Source: a virus (lineage: Duplodnaviria; Caudoviricetes). From it: a stretch of 64,000 nt of DNA. A program made the translations under genes and the position numbers. The notes under the pieces were generated by a model, which saw only the letters and a list, made by a program, of their open reading frames with translations, was not told the DNA's origin and made no database searches. Every line of letters starts with the position of its first letter. The stretch's first letter is position 1. Location of the stretch: IMG/VR virus record IMGVR_UViG_3300021431_000089, positions 47,103-111,102 of that record; one strand, written 5' to 3'. Of this stretch, positions 10,610-19,494 are shown piece by piece.

Positions 10610-11905
10610 ATGGCAGTATATGATGTGAATGGTGTTGCTCTTAATGCCATATATAATGCTGATGGAAGTGAATTGAACAAGGCTTATAATGCCGACGGAA
10701 ACATTGTTTATCAGAAGCAATCAATCGTAATTCCGACGGGTGATTATTCAACACAGATTGGTTATCTGTCGGATTGGTTGATTAATCTTGCGACATACAC
10801 AGCGAACGGTGAGACATATGTCAAAGAGCGTTACCGCATGGACACATGGGCATGGTCAAGCGGTGCAACGGCAATGGCTTGTGCTCAAACTGCATGGATG
10901 TATCTGAACTTGTGGCAGTACACGGGTAATAGCAATTATTTGACTACCGCTCGGAACCTTGTCACGAGTCTGGAAAAAGGTAGAGCGTCAAACGGTGGAT
11001 TCCCCATGTTCATCTATAACGCAGGCGATCATTATATGGATACCAACATTTATACAGGCGGTAATTCAGAAGTCCCGATCAGTCTGTTCAGATGTGCGGA
11101 GATTGATGCCGAAAATGCACAGACATATATCACGAACGGTCTGCGGTCATGCGAATATCTGCTTTCGATTCAGAACAGTAATGGCTCATGGAGAACGGTA
11201 ACGAATGACACTTCTCAGACGGCTATGTTCACTGCACAAGCAATAAGCGCATTGGCTATGGGGTATCAGCACGCTTCAAATAAAAGCGTTTATCAGACGG
11301 CTATAGAAAAAGGTATTGCTTTTATTCAGACACAGTTACTGTCAGACAATCGCATTAAGACTTGCCGTGAAGTAAGTCCGAACACTGAATACTGGCGACC
11401 GCCTACATCAGACCAGTCTATCGTTATAAGAGGGCTTGCCTTAGCAGAATACTATTTGCCGAATAACTCCAATGTTTCCAGTTGGAGAACATTACGGCGG
11501 ACACTTTTGTCATATCTGAATCAGTGCATCGGTTCTGAGGGTGCTGTCAGAAATGGCCTTGAAACAACAAATCTTCCGAATGATTTCTATGGATTGACTG
11601 ACCATGTATACACAACATCGTGGGCGATTGAAGCATATCATTTCTGCGGACTTGTTGATAACGATCAGACTGAAATGAACATATCCAAGGGAATCGTTGA
11701 TTTCTGTAAAGGAAACCTGTATTTCAACACAGGCAACGAAAACACGAACGGAACGCTCAGAGGTGCGTACAACATTCAAGACGGCAACTGGGATACATCA
11801 GCGTTGACACAGGATAGCGGTAACGAAGGCGGTGCTGAGATGATTTATGTCGGATGGGTAATGTCTCCGATTTGTACATGGATGATGAAGTACCAAGAGA
11901 ACTAA
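10610..11905 (+). CDS. Putative (alpha/alpha)6 toroid-fold protein (prenyltransferase/six-hairpin glycosidase-like), probably virion-associated
   Basis: YLLSIQNSNGSW QW-like motif; TAQAISALA and AIEKGIAFI helical repeats; MAVYDVNG N-terminus. Confidence 0.45.
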   Translation: MAVYDVNGVALNAIYNADGSELNKAYNADGNIVYQKQSIVIPTGDYSTQIGYLSDWLINLATYTANGETYVKERYRMDTWAWSSGATAMACAQTAWMYLNLWQYTGNSNYLTTARNLVTSLEKGRASNGGFPMFIYNAGDHYMDTNIYTGGNSEVPISLFRCAEIDAENAQTYITNGLRSCEYLLSIQNSNGSWRTVTNDTSQTAMFTAQAISALAMGYQHASNKSVYQTAIEKGIAFIQTQLLSDNRIKTCREVSPNTEYWRPPTSDQSIVIRGLALAEYYLPNNSNVSSWRTLRRTLLSYLNQCIGSEGAVRNGLETTNLPNDFYGLTDHVYTTSWAIEAYHFCGLVDNDQTEMNISKGIVDFCKGNLYFNTGNENTNGTLRGAYNIQDGNWDTSALTQDSGNEGGAEMIYVGWVMSPICTWMMKYQEN

Positions 11906-12000
11906 AGGAAATTTTAACACTAAACGAATACGTTACACAGGTGCGCGGTTAGCGAATAATTGCGCACCTTTTTAAATTCTTTACAACAACAAGCGAATAA

Positions 12001-12025
12001 GGCGGGAAAGACTCCCGCCCTTTTT
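12001..12025 (+). terminator. Rho-independent terminator after tail module
   Basis: GGCGGGA-aagac-TCCCGCC followed by a T-tract. Confidence 0.75.
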
Positions 12026-12060
12026 ATTTTCGCGACAAAGGCGATGAAAGGAGAAAGCCT

Positions 12061-12843
12061 ATGGCTACAAAATCTTATCAGGACTTTAAAGAAAAGTATC
12101 TCGGCAAACGCGTCGACATCGACGGGTTCCCCGCCAACCAGCCCTATCAGTGCTGGGACTATGTCAGTGGACTTTACTTCCCTTATATCGGGGGCAAAGT
12201 CATCCATTGTGGACAGAGCGGCTATGTAAAAGATATTGCCAATCAGCGCAATAGCAATGGCATTCTTGACTTTTGTGTAGATGTAGGGCTGAAAGCAACA
12301 TTGCAGCCCGGCGACATCTGCATTTGGACAAACTGCCCCGCCTGCCCCTACTCTCACATTGCTATCTACGACCACGACGACGGTCAGGAGGCAGTGTTCT
12401 TCATCGGTCAGAACCAGTCTGCCACATACGTCAACATTATCAAGATTCCTGTAGCAGGAATCATTGGCGTATTCAGACCGAAAATTTTCGTCGGCAAGAA
12501 AGAGGCTTCCGAAGTTAAACAGGCAAAGAAGAAAAAGAAGCCTGATCAGATTCTGACCAAAGGCTCCAAGGTTATTTCTGAAGGATTCTACATCCAGAAG
12601 ATTAACTACCAGAAAGACTGGGGCTACAACAGCTGGGTTGGCGGATGGTTCCCGCTCAAGGACGTTAACGAGGTTGACGCTCTTGACGGCAGAAAGGATC
12701 AGATCGTTCACATCGGTTCCGGCTGTGCGTTTAACAAGGGCGTTATGACTGTCATTGACATCAACGTCAAGAATGATACAGCGCTGTGTAAAGAACTTGG
12801 CTACTGGGTCAAGTCCAGATGCCTGCGCGAAGTGGAGGACTAA
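12061..12843 (+). CDS. Endolysin, CHAP-type catalytic domain plus C-terminal cell-wall-binding region
   Basis: VDIDG...QCWDY (catalytic Cys), YSHIAI (His), GQNQ; Lys-rich linker; adjacent to holin. Confidence 0.8.
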   Translation: MATKSYQDFKEKYLGKRVDIDGFPANQPYQCWDYVSGLYFPYIGGKVIHCGQSGYVKDIANQRNSNGILDFCVDVGLKATLQPGDICIWTNCPACPYSHIAIYDHDDGQEAVFFIGQNQSATYVNIIKIPVAGIIGVFRPKIFVGKKEASEVKQAKKKKKPDQILTKGSKVISEGFYIQKINYQKDWGYNSWVGGWFPLKDVNEVDALDGRKDQIVHIGSGCAFNKGVMTVIDINVKNDTALCKELGYWVKSRCLREVED

Positions 12844-12846
12844 ATT

Positions 12847-13083
12847 ATGAGTATTGATTGGAAAAGAAAATTATCGTCAAGGAAACTCTGGCTTGCTATT
12901 GCAGGTCTCGTATCGGGTATTATGATTTTTCTCGGAAGACCTGAGAGCGAAGCCACACAGGTATCGGCACTGATTATGTCGGCCGCATCTGTAGTTAGCT
13001 ACGTTGTGGCTGAAGGTCTCATCGATTCCGCCAACGCACCCTATGTAGGCGCCGTGGAGGATGAGGCCGATGAATCCAACTGA
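12847..13083 (+). CDS. Holin
   Basis: 78 aa; WKRKLSSRKLW N-terminus; two TM helices; EGLID motif. Confidence 0.8.
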   Translation: MSIDWKRKLSSRKLWLAIAGLVSGIMIFLGRPESEATQVSALIMSAASVVSYVVAEGLIDSANAPYVGAVEDEADESN

Positions 13084-13447
13084 GTTAGAAGTAGTCTGGT
13101 CATTTGTCGGTAAATTGGCCGCAGTTGTTGGTGTTCTCGTAGCTCTGGTCAAAGGCTATCAGTTTTTGAGATCGCTGACCCCGATCTCCAAACTCGAATT
13201 ACGAGTTGGCGAGGCGGAACAGAAATTAAGGAACGATTACGATCATTTAAAAAAGATCGATGAACAAATCGAGCATTTGGAGAAGACGTCCGATGATACG
13301 CAACTCCAGATTAAAGAAGTTAATGAGGGCATTCAGCGGATAGGAAAGTCACAGATTTCGCTCTTGCGTCATTTTGTGACTGGGAACGGCCAGAAAGAAA
13401 TGGCAGATGAAGCGGACGATCTAACTGAGTGGTTCATCGATAGATAG
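13070..13447 (+). CDS. Membrane/coiled-coil lysis-module protein (holin- or XhlA-like)
   Basis: One N-terminal TM helix and a coiled coil; start placed at 13070 from RBS spacing. Confidence 0.55.
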   Translation: MNPTELEVVWSFVGKLAAVVGVLVALVKGYQFLRSLTPISKLELRVGEAEQKLRNDYDHLKKIDEQIEHLEKTSDDTQLQIKEVNEGIQRIGKSQISLLRHFVTGNGQKEMADEADDLTEWFIDR

Positions 13448-13456
13448 ATGTATCTC

Positions 13457-13480
13457 GGGGTCGCGCAAGCGGCCCTTTTT
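13457..13480 (+). terminator. Rho-independent terminator
   Basis: GGGTCGC-gcaa-GCGGCCC followed by TTTTT. Confidence 0.7.
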
Positions 13481-13494
13481 AGGAGGCTAAATAA

Positions 13495-13722
13495 ATGAAA
13501 AATTTAACACCTGTAACAAGATTAGAGAAGTATCTTCATGCAATTGCGACCGGAGAGTCGATCAACCTAACTCCGACGAACGACGAAGAGAAGCTGCTCG
13601 ACGCGATCATGCGTGGAAATGGAGAGTCGATCCACATCAACCCGAAGACGCGTGATAGTTATTTCCTCGCAAAGATTGCTGGCGCACACATTGTCGGAGA
13701 AGACACTGGAAACTTCGATTAA
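13495..13722 (+). CDS. Hypothetical protein, paralog 1 (internal P-x-T-R/N repeats)
   Basis: AGGAGG RBS; MKNLTPVTR N-terminus shared with the next ORF. Confidence 0.65.
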   Translation: MKNLTPVTRLEKYLHAIATGESINLTPTNDEEKLLDAIMRGNGESIHINPKTRDSYFLAKIAGAHIVGEDTGNFD

Positions 13723-13753
13723 AAGGATCAAGTGTGAGGAGGCATGAATAGTT

Positions 13754-13993
13754 ATGAAGAATTTAACACCCGTAACCCGCGAAGAAAAGTTCATGGACGC
13801 AATCGCAAAGCACGAAGTCATCAATCTTACACCTACAAACGATACGGAAAGATTACTTGATTCTATTATGCGCGATAGTCCAATCGCAATTAACCCCAAA
13901 ACACGCACTGATTACTTCATCGCAAAGAACGCATCTGCGACAATCCTCGGAGAACCGAAGACTGATGATGTTACAGTGTCCGATGAACAGTAA
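13754..13993 (+). CDS. Hypothetical protein, paralog 2
   Basis: Colinear with 13495-13722 (INLTPTND, INPKTR.DYF.AK). Confidence 0.65.
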   Translation: MKNLTPVTREEKFMDAIAKHEVINLTPTNDTERLLDSIMRDSPIAINPKTRTDYFIAKNASATILGEPKTDDVTVSDEQ

Positions 13994-14006
13994 AATTAAC
14001 TAGACC

Positions 14007-14029
14007 AGCCCAGCGCAAGCTGGGCTTTT
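14007..14029 (+). terminator. Terminator-like hairpin immediately before the tRNA
   Basis: AGCCCAGC-gcaa-GCTGGGCT followed by TTT. Confidence 0.6.
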
Positions 14030-14031
14030 AT

Positions 14032-14105
14032 CCCCCTGTGGCCTAATGGTAAGGCAAGCGACTTTGACTCGCTACATATGGGTTCGACCCCCATCAGGGG
14101 TGCCA
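14032..14105 (+). tRNA. tRNA-Gln(UUG)
   Basis: Cloverleaf: acceptor CCCCTG/CAGGGG; D-arm GCC-TAATGGTAA-GGC; anticodon arm AGCGA-CT TTG AC-TCGCT; T-loop TTCGACC; encoded CCA. Confidence 0.92.
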
Positions 14106-14145
14106 TTTCTACATAGCTAAATACGGCTAATAAAATACCAGTTTG

Positions 14146-14172
14146 AGAGGGCGTAACTGCCCTCTTTTTTTT
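14146..14172 (+). terminator. Rho-independent terminator
   Basis: AGAGGGC-gtaact-GCCCTCT followed by a T-tract. Confidence 0.75.
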
Positions 14173-14230
14173 GTTTTGACGATGAATGTATATGAAATTG
14201 TCGTGCGCAGATATGGCGGTTCACTAAAAT

Positions 14231-14274
14231 AAAAAATAGGCAGATTGACTTAATTGTCAGTCTGCCTTCTTTTT
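14231..14274. terminator. Bidirectional terminator at the convergence of the two arms
   Basis: A-tract, AGGCAGATTGAC-ttaatt-GTCAGTCTGCCT, T-tract. Confidence 0.75.
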
Positions 14275-14406
14275 CACAATCGTTCAACTATAGCTTGTAT
14301 GAATACTATAACCCAAACCATTACCATGGCGAACATGGCAGCCTCTGCTAATGTACCCCCAATGTACATCCCTGTCAGCAGCAGGATTATTTGGAGTATT
14401 ACGTAG

Positions 14407-14697
14407 TCAATCATCCCCATCATATGCTTCAATGAGATTCATCCACGCTGTTACCTTGGTGTGGTCATCCTCGATTTCACGGTACATGTAATCGTCCTCG
14501 TCGAGGCCGAACCATCCTGCGTGATCTTCAGTCGGAAAGTCCTCCGGGCAGAACTCATGCAGGTTTGTTGAATAACACGCCTTCTGTACGTTTCTGTACT
14601 CGGCGAAGGTGCCAAGTCTACCGTGGATGGTTACGAGATACGTTTCACCGTCTTGGCCGTCAGGCAGCCGTTCACTCACTGGAATCCATTCGTTCAT
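14407..14697 (-). CDS. DUF551-like phage protein
   Basis: WIPVSERLP...VTAWM.L motif. Confidence 0.7.
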   Translation of the reverse strand: MNEWIPVSERLPDGQDGETYLVTIHGRLGTFAEYRNVQKACYSTNLHEFCPEDFPTEDHAGWFGLDEDDYMYREIEDDHTKVTAWMNLIEAYDGDD

Positions 14698-14857
14698 CTT
14701 GTTTTTCTCCTTTTCCGATAAATCTCTTTACTATAATAGCGATCGTAAGGCCTGTCATTTCGAACGCCATGCTTATCTCAATCACCAGCACAGTCGCCAC
14801 TATCGAGATCAGCACACAGGCAAGCGCAACTCCCATCGCTGTATGCATATCCATCAG

Positions 14858-15085
14858 TTAGTTGCCCTCACCGTCTATTGGTATCTGTACCGTGCAGAGG
14901 ATATGTGTATCTGTACCGTACAGAGGAATCGTTCTGCCGTACTCATCTGTTGGTTGATACACCACACCACCGATTTCACATCCAGCTTCGCGCTCAACTT
15001 CTTCCCTGACCGAAGCAAAGTAATTTGCGATTTCTTCGTGCGATCTCTCGGTGCTGCCGATGATCTCAATTTTGAAATAATTCAT
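14858..15085 (-). CDS. Hypothetical protein (MNYFKIE family, copy 1)
   Basis: GGAGG RBS; paralogous to 46551-46766 and 47601-47795. Confidence 0.6.
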   Translation of the reverse strand: MNYFKIEIIGSTERSHEEIANYFASVREEVEREAGCEIGGVVYQPTDEYGRTIPLYGTDTHILCTVQIPIDGEGN

Positions 15086-15800
15086 TCGCCCTCCTGTCGT
15101 TTATCTTTAATACATCGTCATAGATGATTCTTACGTCCCTGAATTTTCTGTCCATATGGTAATGACCCGCATACCACTTTTCATAGCTGACGTTGCCGAG
15201 TAATTCTTCCAAGAAGTAGTTAAGCTCGTTTGGCTTGTATAATCCGTGGCTAAGTTCGTAGAGTGTGTTCGCGGGTATGTCGTGCGTGAATATGTAGTCT
15301 ACGGTGTTGTCGTTTGCGCGAAGATTCTTCTTTGCCTCTGCGTATTCGAATGAGGACGGCATCTCTTCATCCCACCAGTTGACTCCCCTGTCTGCATACT
15401 CCGTCTTTGTATACACGCCGCGATCAACCGATCTCGCCCCGCCCATTGCGAAAATCTTCTTTCCGTCGATGTTGAATACCTGACCGCGCATTAGGTGGAT
15501 GACCGAATCGCGTAGGAACTGCACCCTGCCGCCTTTCCACTCTTCGAATTTAAATCTGTTATAAAGCGCTGTGAAGTTCTCGTGATTTCCATCAACGAAC
15601 AGCGTCGTCCATGGAAAGTTATTTATATAATCGAGCCAGTATCTTTCCACCTCGTCCTCGCGGTTCTCCCACACAAATCCGAAATCACCGCAGATAACAA
15701 CGTAATCATCTTTAGTCAGTTCTTTGCCTTTGCCCGCCTCAAAGCGAAGCAACTTTTTAATATCGTATGTCCCGTGGGTGTCGCCAGTTACATAAAACAT
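15066..15800 (-). CDS. Calcineurin-like metallophosphoesterase
   Basis: GDTHG, GDFG, GNHE, TH and GHYH motifs; start at MFYVTGD. Confidence 0.85.
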   Translation of the reverse strand: MFYVTGDTHGTYDIKKLLRFEAGKGKELTKDDYVVICGDFGFVWENREDEVERYWLDYINNFPWTTLFVDGNHENFTALYNRFKFEEWKGGRVQFLRDSVIHLMRGQVFNIDGKKIFAMGGARSVDRGVYTKTEYADRGVNWWDEEMPSSFEYAEAKKNLRANDNTVDYIFTHDIPANTLYELSHGLYKPNELNYFLEELLGNVSYEKWYAGHYHMDRKFRDVRIIYDDVLKINDRRANELFQN

Positions 15801-15929
15801 AATTCTTATCACCTTCCCTGAGTCCCATACAGCCATTCTGAGGCGCACGGCAGAACCATGATCGAGTGTTCAAAGTTGCCAGAGAATCGCTCGGCAGAGG
15901 CTCTGTGTGGCTGTGTGTGGCTGTTATGC

Positions 15930-16220
15930 CTAATCATCTTCTGTTTCCATATCTTCGCCGTATTCGCAGTATACCGAGTCGTCGAAGTCGGCGATGTCGA
16001 CACGTGCGACACCATACATACGCCGATCCAAGTTCGATCCGTAACTCGTCAATCCAAGCGTATAGAGCTTGTAATATGCGTGTGCGATGTTTGTTTGCAG
16101 GTCGATCAGGATCTCCTTAGCCATGTTTGCATTGTGCTCGTCTAGGAACGTGCCAATTACTCGGTCGAAATCCTCGCCTGATTCATGAAGCAGATAAATG
16201 TACGGTTCTGTTATTCTCAT
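15930..16220 (-). CDS. Hypothetical protein
   Basis: AGGAGG RBS; acidic 96-aa ORF. Confidence 0.6.
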   Translation of the reverse strand: MRITEPYIYLLHESGEDFDRVIGTFLDEHNANMAKEILIDLQTNIAHAYYKLYTLGLTSYGSNLDRRMYGVARVDIADFDDSVYCEYGEDMETEDD

Positions 16221-16239
16221 GTGACCTCCTGTTTTTATC

Positions 16240-16288
16240 GAGGAATTACTTGGGGAATTAATTGGGGAATTAGTTGGGGAATTAATTG
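16240..16288. repeat. 12-bp tandem repeat (TTGGGGAATTAn), about 4 copies
   Basis: gaggaattac-ttggggaattaa-ttggggaattag-ttggggaattaa-ttg. Confidence 0.85.
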
Positions 16289-16356
16289 CTATTGATTCCT
16301 GAAGTAATGCTTCGATTGATGAGCAAACTACATATCATAGCGGCCCGCCCGTCATT

Positions 16357-16580
16357 CAAAAGTGGTAAATAGGTGGTACAAACTGAGTTGAAAATAAAAG
16401 AAACGCCCGATTTATAGGCGTTTCTGAGCTCTGTTAGCACTGTCAATATCAAAGTGCTAAGTTCTTCTCAGATCGTCTCAAATCGTTTTAAATCGCCATT
16501 TCTGGCTATTCCTATTTAATATATCGTCTCAAATCGTCTTTATTCGTTGCTGTCAAAAGTGGTACAAAGAGTGGTACAAC
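16357..16580. mobile_element. Putative attP with integrase arm-type repeats
   Basis: Non-coding region just downstream of the integrase. Paired GTGGTA(A/C)AA repeats at both ends (about 16358-16382 and 16555-16579), internal ATCGTCTCAAATCGT direct repeats (about 16472 and 16523), and an inverted repeat AGAAACGCC/GGCGTTTCT. Confidence 0.65.
16434..16460. promoter_or_regulatory. CIRCE-like inverted repeat (HrcA operator)
   Basis: TTAGCACTG-N9-AAGTGCTAA versus consensus TTAGCACTC-N9-GAGTGCTAA (16/18, exact spacing). Confidence 0.7.
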
Positions 16581-16592
16581 CATGCATGCGTG

Positions 16593-17852
16593 TCATAACA
16601 CCTTACCATTTAACTTTTTAAAGCTCTCCTTTTTGGCGTCCTTGGTCGCCTCGTTGTAAACGTCCATCGTAACCGTGATGGATGAGTGTCCCATCACTTC
16701 TTGGATAACTTTCAGGTTTGATTCATTCTCGCACAGCCTTGTGCAGAATGTATGGCGCAATACGTGAACGCTGAATTTCGGCAAGTATACACACTTTTTG
16801 CCGATATTCCAATTCGCTTCAACCTGTTCGTTGTAATCTCTCTGGATCGCATACAGCGCCGCGTTTACGGTGCCGGGGATCGGCAATGACCCAAACTTTG
16901 TGCGCCAGACGAACCCCGTCATCCCGTCAATGCACAGATCGGCAACACCCTCATCGGTCTGCCGTCTTTTCTCGTTCTCCAATATTGTCCGCACTGTATC
17001 CAACATTGGAATAATTCTCACACCAGCTTCCGTCTTCGTCCTGTTAATACTCAACCCGTACTCATCTGATTCCCCCAACTTATAATACTTAACCGTATGG
17101 TTGATACTGATCAAACCTTCTTCGAAGTCACAGTCGTTCCACGTCAACCCAAGGGCTTCGCCGACACGGCATCCGGTACCCAGTATAAATGCGAATAATG
17201 GGTACCAGTGCGCATGTCTTGCAGAGCGTTTTGTAAAGCTTAGAAAAGCCTCCTGCTCTTGAATGGTTAAACAGTGGACACGTTCGTTATCGTTTCTGAG
17301 ATCCGCCTTCATACTTTTCAACAGTCCTTTGCATGGATTGTAGTTGATGGCGTGATTGCTGATTGCGATATCGAACATCTGGCTAAGCATTGAATCCAGA
17401 TGCCTGATAGTCGACACGGTGGTTCCGTCGTTGAGTAGGTTTAGATAGTGCCGTCTTAACATCGGCTGTGTCAGGGCAGCTATCTTTGTATTGCCAAGCT
17501 GCCTGCTGACACGAGTTTGATACAGGTTTTCGTAGATGTCTCTGCTTTTCCGGTTTAGACGTGATTTTGTTTCCATGAACTGCTTGAAGCAATCCTCAAC
17601 GGTTTCTATATTCGCCGCATGTGCGTCAATTCCGTTAAGGACGTTCTTCTGGATTTCTGCCTCGAGCTCTCGGAGCGATTTATCACACCGTTTGCCGGAT
17701 GGTGTTCTGTCGGTCGAAACGAGTTTCCAACTGTACACGCTATGCTTGCGCCCGCTACTATCACTGTAGCGATACTCATACATGCCGTTTGCCCGCTGTC
17801 GCTCGTTAGGTTGTAGTAATCTGCCCTTCCTGTCTCTACGCTTTTCAGACAT
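16593..17852 (-). CDS. int: Tyrosine integrase, Tn916-like
   Basis: MSEKRRDRKGR.L...E.QR..G.Y.Y.Y arm-binding domain; catalytic GCRVGE, KT, HVLRHT, MGH, DVY. Confidence 0.92.
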   Translation of the reverse strand: MSEKRRDRKGRLLQPNERQRANGMYEYRYSDSSGRKHSVYSWKLVSTDRTPSGKRCDKSLRELEAEIQKNVLNGIDAHAANIETVEDCFKQFMETKSRLNRKSRDIYENLYQTRVSRQLGNTKIAALTQPMLRRHYLNLLNDGTTVSTIRHLDSMLSQMFDIAISNHAINYNPCKGLLKSMKADLRNDNERVHCLTIQEQEAFLSFTKRSARHAHWYPLFAFILGTGCRVGEALGLTWNDCDFEEGLISINHTVKYYKLGESDEYGLSINRTKTEAGVRIIPMLDTVRTILENEKRRQTDEGVADLCIDGMTGFVWRTKFGSLPIPGTVNAALYAIQRDYNEQVEANWNIGKKCVYLPKFSVHVLRHTFCTRLCENESNLKVIQEVMGHSSITVTMDVYNEATKDAKKESFKKLNGKVL

Positions 17853-17919
17853 AGGGTTTCTCCTTTCTTGGAAGGGTCGCTATGATATGTATCGGAATTC
17901 TATCACGAAACATACAGGA

Positions 17920-18204
17920 TTACATTCCATGAGTTACTTTGGAGATGTCTTCCTTTGCGCCATCAACTGTCGTGCGGAGAATGTCGATAGCGTCTTTGAT
18001 ATCAAGATCTTTATCTTTTAATGCATCTCTGACCGCGTATGTCACATACTGGTTCAGGGCATCGGCGAGCGTCCTGTGATAGGTTGTATTGGTATACGAC
18101 TCACGTTCCTCGCCATTCTTATCTGTATACTTGCCAGCATATCGTGTCAGGTTATATGACCACTCGTCGACATCAATATACCAGTCGCCTTTAATATGAA
18201 TCAT
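17920..18204 (-). CDS. Hypothetical phage protein
   Basis: In operon with a plausible RBS. Confidence 0.55.
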   Translation of the reverse strand: MIHIKGDWYIDVDEWSYNLTRYAGKYTDKNGEERESYTNTTYHRTLADALNQYVTYAVRDALKDKDLDIKDAIDILRTTVDGAKEDISKVTHGM

Positions 18205-18219
18205 TATTCACACCGCCAA

Positions 18220-18561
18220 TCAGAATTCATTAACAGCAGCGATGAAGTCTTCGAGTGCCGCATATCTGATTCCGTCATTCAGTTTTGTATAACTGTCTTT
18301 AATTGCCTGCATCGTTACGCCGTGCGGAATACAGCGATTCTCGAATTTTTTATACGCGTCAAGGTACCATTCGTCTTTGTCACCGTTGTAGGTTGCCTCG
18401 TAATACATACCATCGGGAAGTGTTGTCGAGATCAAAAACTTCCAATTCTGAAGTGCTTTGCATTTCCACACCGTGTATACATCGAATACCGCTTCGCCCT
18501 CTGGTTTATCAAGGTGCGAGTAGGTGTACCACCTGACAAGTTCTAATGCCATTTCTTCCAT
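18220..18561 (-). CDS. Conserved phage protein (DUF6275-like)
   Basis: VWKCKALQNWK.L.STT..DGMYYE.TYNGDK.E.YLDAYKK.EN motif. Confidence 0.7.
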   Translation of the reverse strand: MEEMALELVRWYTYSHLDKPEGEAVFDVYTVWKCKALQNWKFLISTTLPDGMYYEATYNGDKDEWYLDAYKKFENRCIPHGVTMQAIKDSYTKLNDGIRYAALEDFIAAVNEF

Positions 18562-18833
18562 TGTTCATTACCTTCTTTCATGAGAGAATTTCTTCGTCGT
18601 TACTGCGCCACCAATCCACAAGCTGCCTAAGACTGGTGCTAAAATCTGGGTCAGCATTATAATCGGCCAGACGTTCGATCAGTTCAACTGGGATAGCGTC
18701 CTTGGGGTGCTGCCAGAACTGCAATGATACGTTGCCGTTATATTCAGAGATCGATCCTTCATACCCGGCGTCCATAATAATCTTTAAGTATTTCTCAACG
18801 TCCATATCCTTCTCCTTCTAACCTGAGATGTTT

Positions 18834-19276
18834 TTATATTGGCGCTGTCCACGCCATGATGATGAGGAGGACTAAGAACCCGATGCATACAATGACGGCA
18901 AATGACGTCATAATGCACATAGAGATCGAGAAACACACACTCCAGAACTCATAAGTGTAATCGGCGCGTTCCATGGCGATGTACGAGATAAACGAAACTG
19001 GGATTGATAGTATTGCTATTGTTAATGCTACTCTTAATGCTGTTTCCATATTTACATTGTCCAAATTGTTAAAATTAATTTCACGATGAGTAGGACGACC
19101 ACAACAGTGCACACCCCCGCCATGATAAATGTAGACACCTCAAAACACGCATTCCAGAACTTATAATAAGTCGGTTTTGACTGATCCATGGCAATGGTCG
19201 AGATGAGGCAGGTGGGGATTGATAGTGTTGCTGCTATTAATACCACTTTTAATGCAACTCTTAATACTATTTCCAC
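18834..19276 (-). CDS. Two tandem paralogous small membrane proteins (18834-19049, 19052-19276)
   Basis: Both read ME..LRVAL...LSIP...IS.IAM....Y.FW..CF..S..IM; two TM helices each. Confidence 0.6.
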
Positions 19277-19278
19277 TT

Positions 19279-19494
19279 TTATACCTCTGTTGCCGCTTCC
19301 AAGAATTTTTCAAACGCTTTTCTATTGATGAGCGCACGATTCCCGGAGAGGACATACAGTCTCGAGTCGCGGTGATCCGCTAATATATTGCGTAGTTTGC
19401 CTTCGCCAATGTTGAAGTACTTTGAGGCTTCGTTAACCGTAAGTAAGAACTTGTCGCCCGGTTTAAGATCTGTCTTGTTCATGATTCTCTCCAT
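19279..19494 (-). CDS. xis: Excisionase, Tn916 Xis-like
   Basis: K..LT..EASKYFNIGE.KLR......GNR.LI.RK.FE.FL. Confidence 0.8.
   Translation of the reverse strand: MERIMNKTDLKPGDKFLLTVNEASKYFNIGEGKLRNILADHRDSRLYVLSGNRALINRKAFEKFLEAATEV

Noticed and set aside
11920-12711. Long antisense ORFs (e.g. 11920-12711, 57405-57968, 62986-63522)
   Set aside because: Shadow frames of well-supported genes on the opposite strand.
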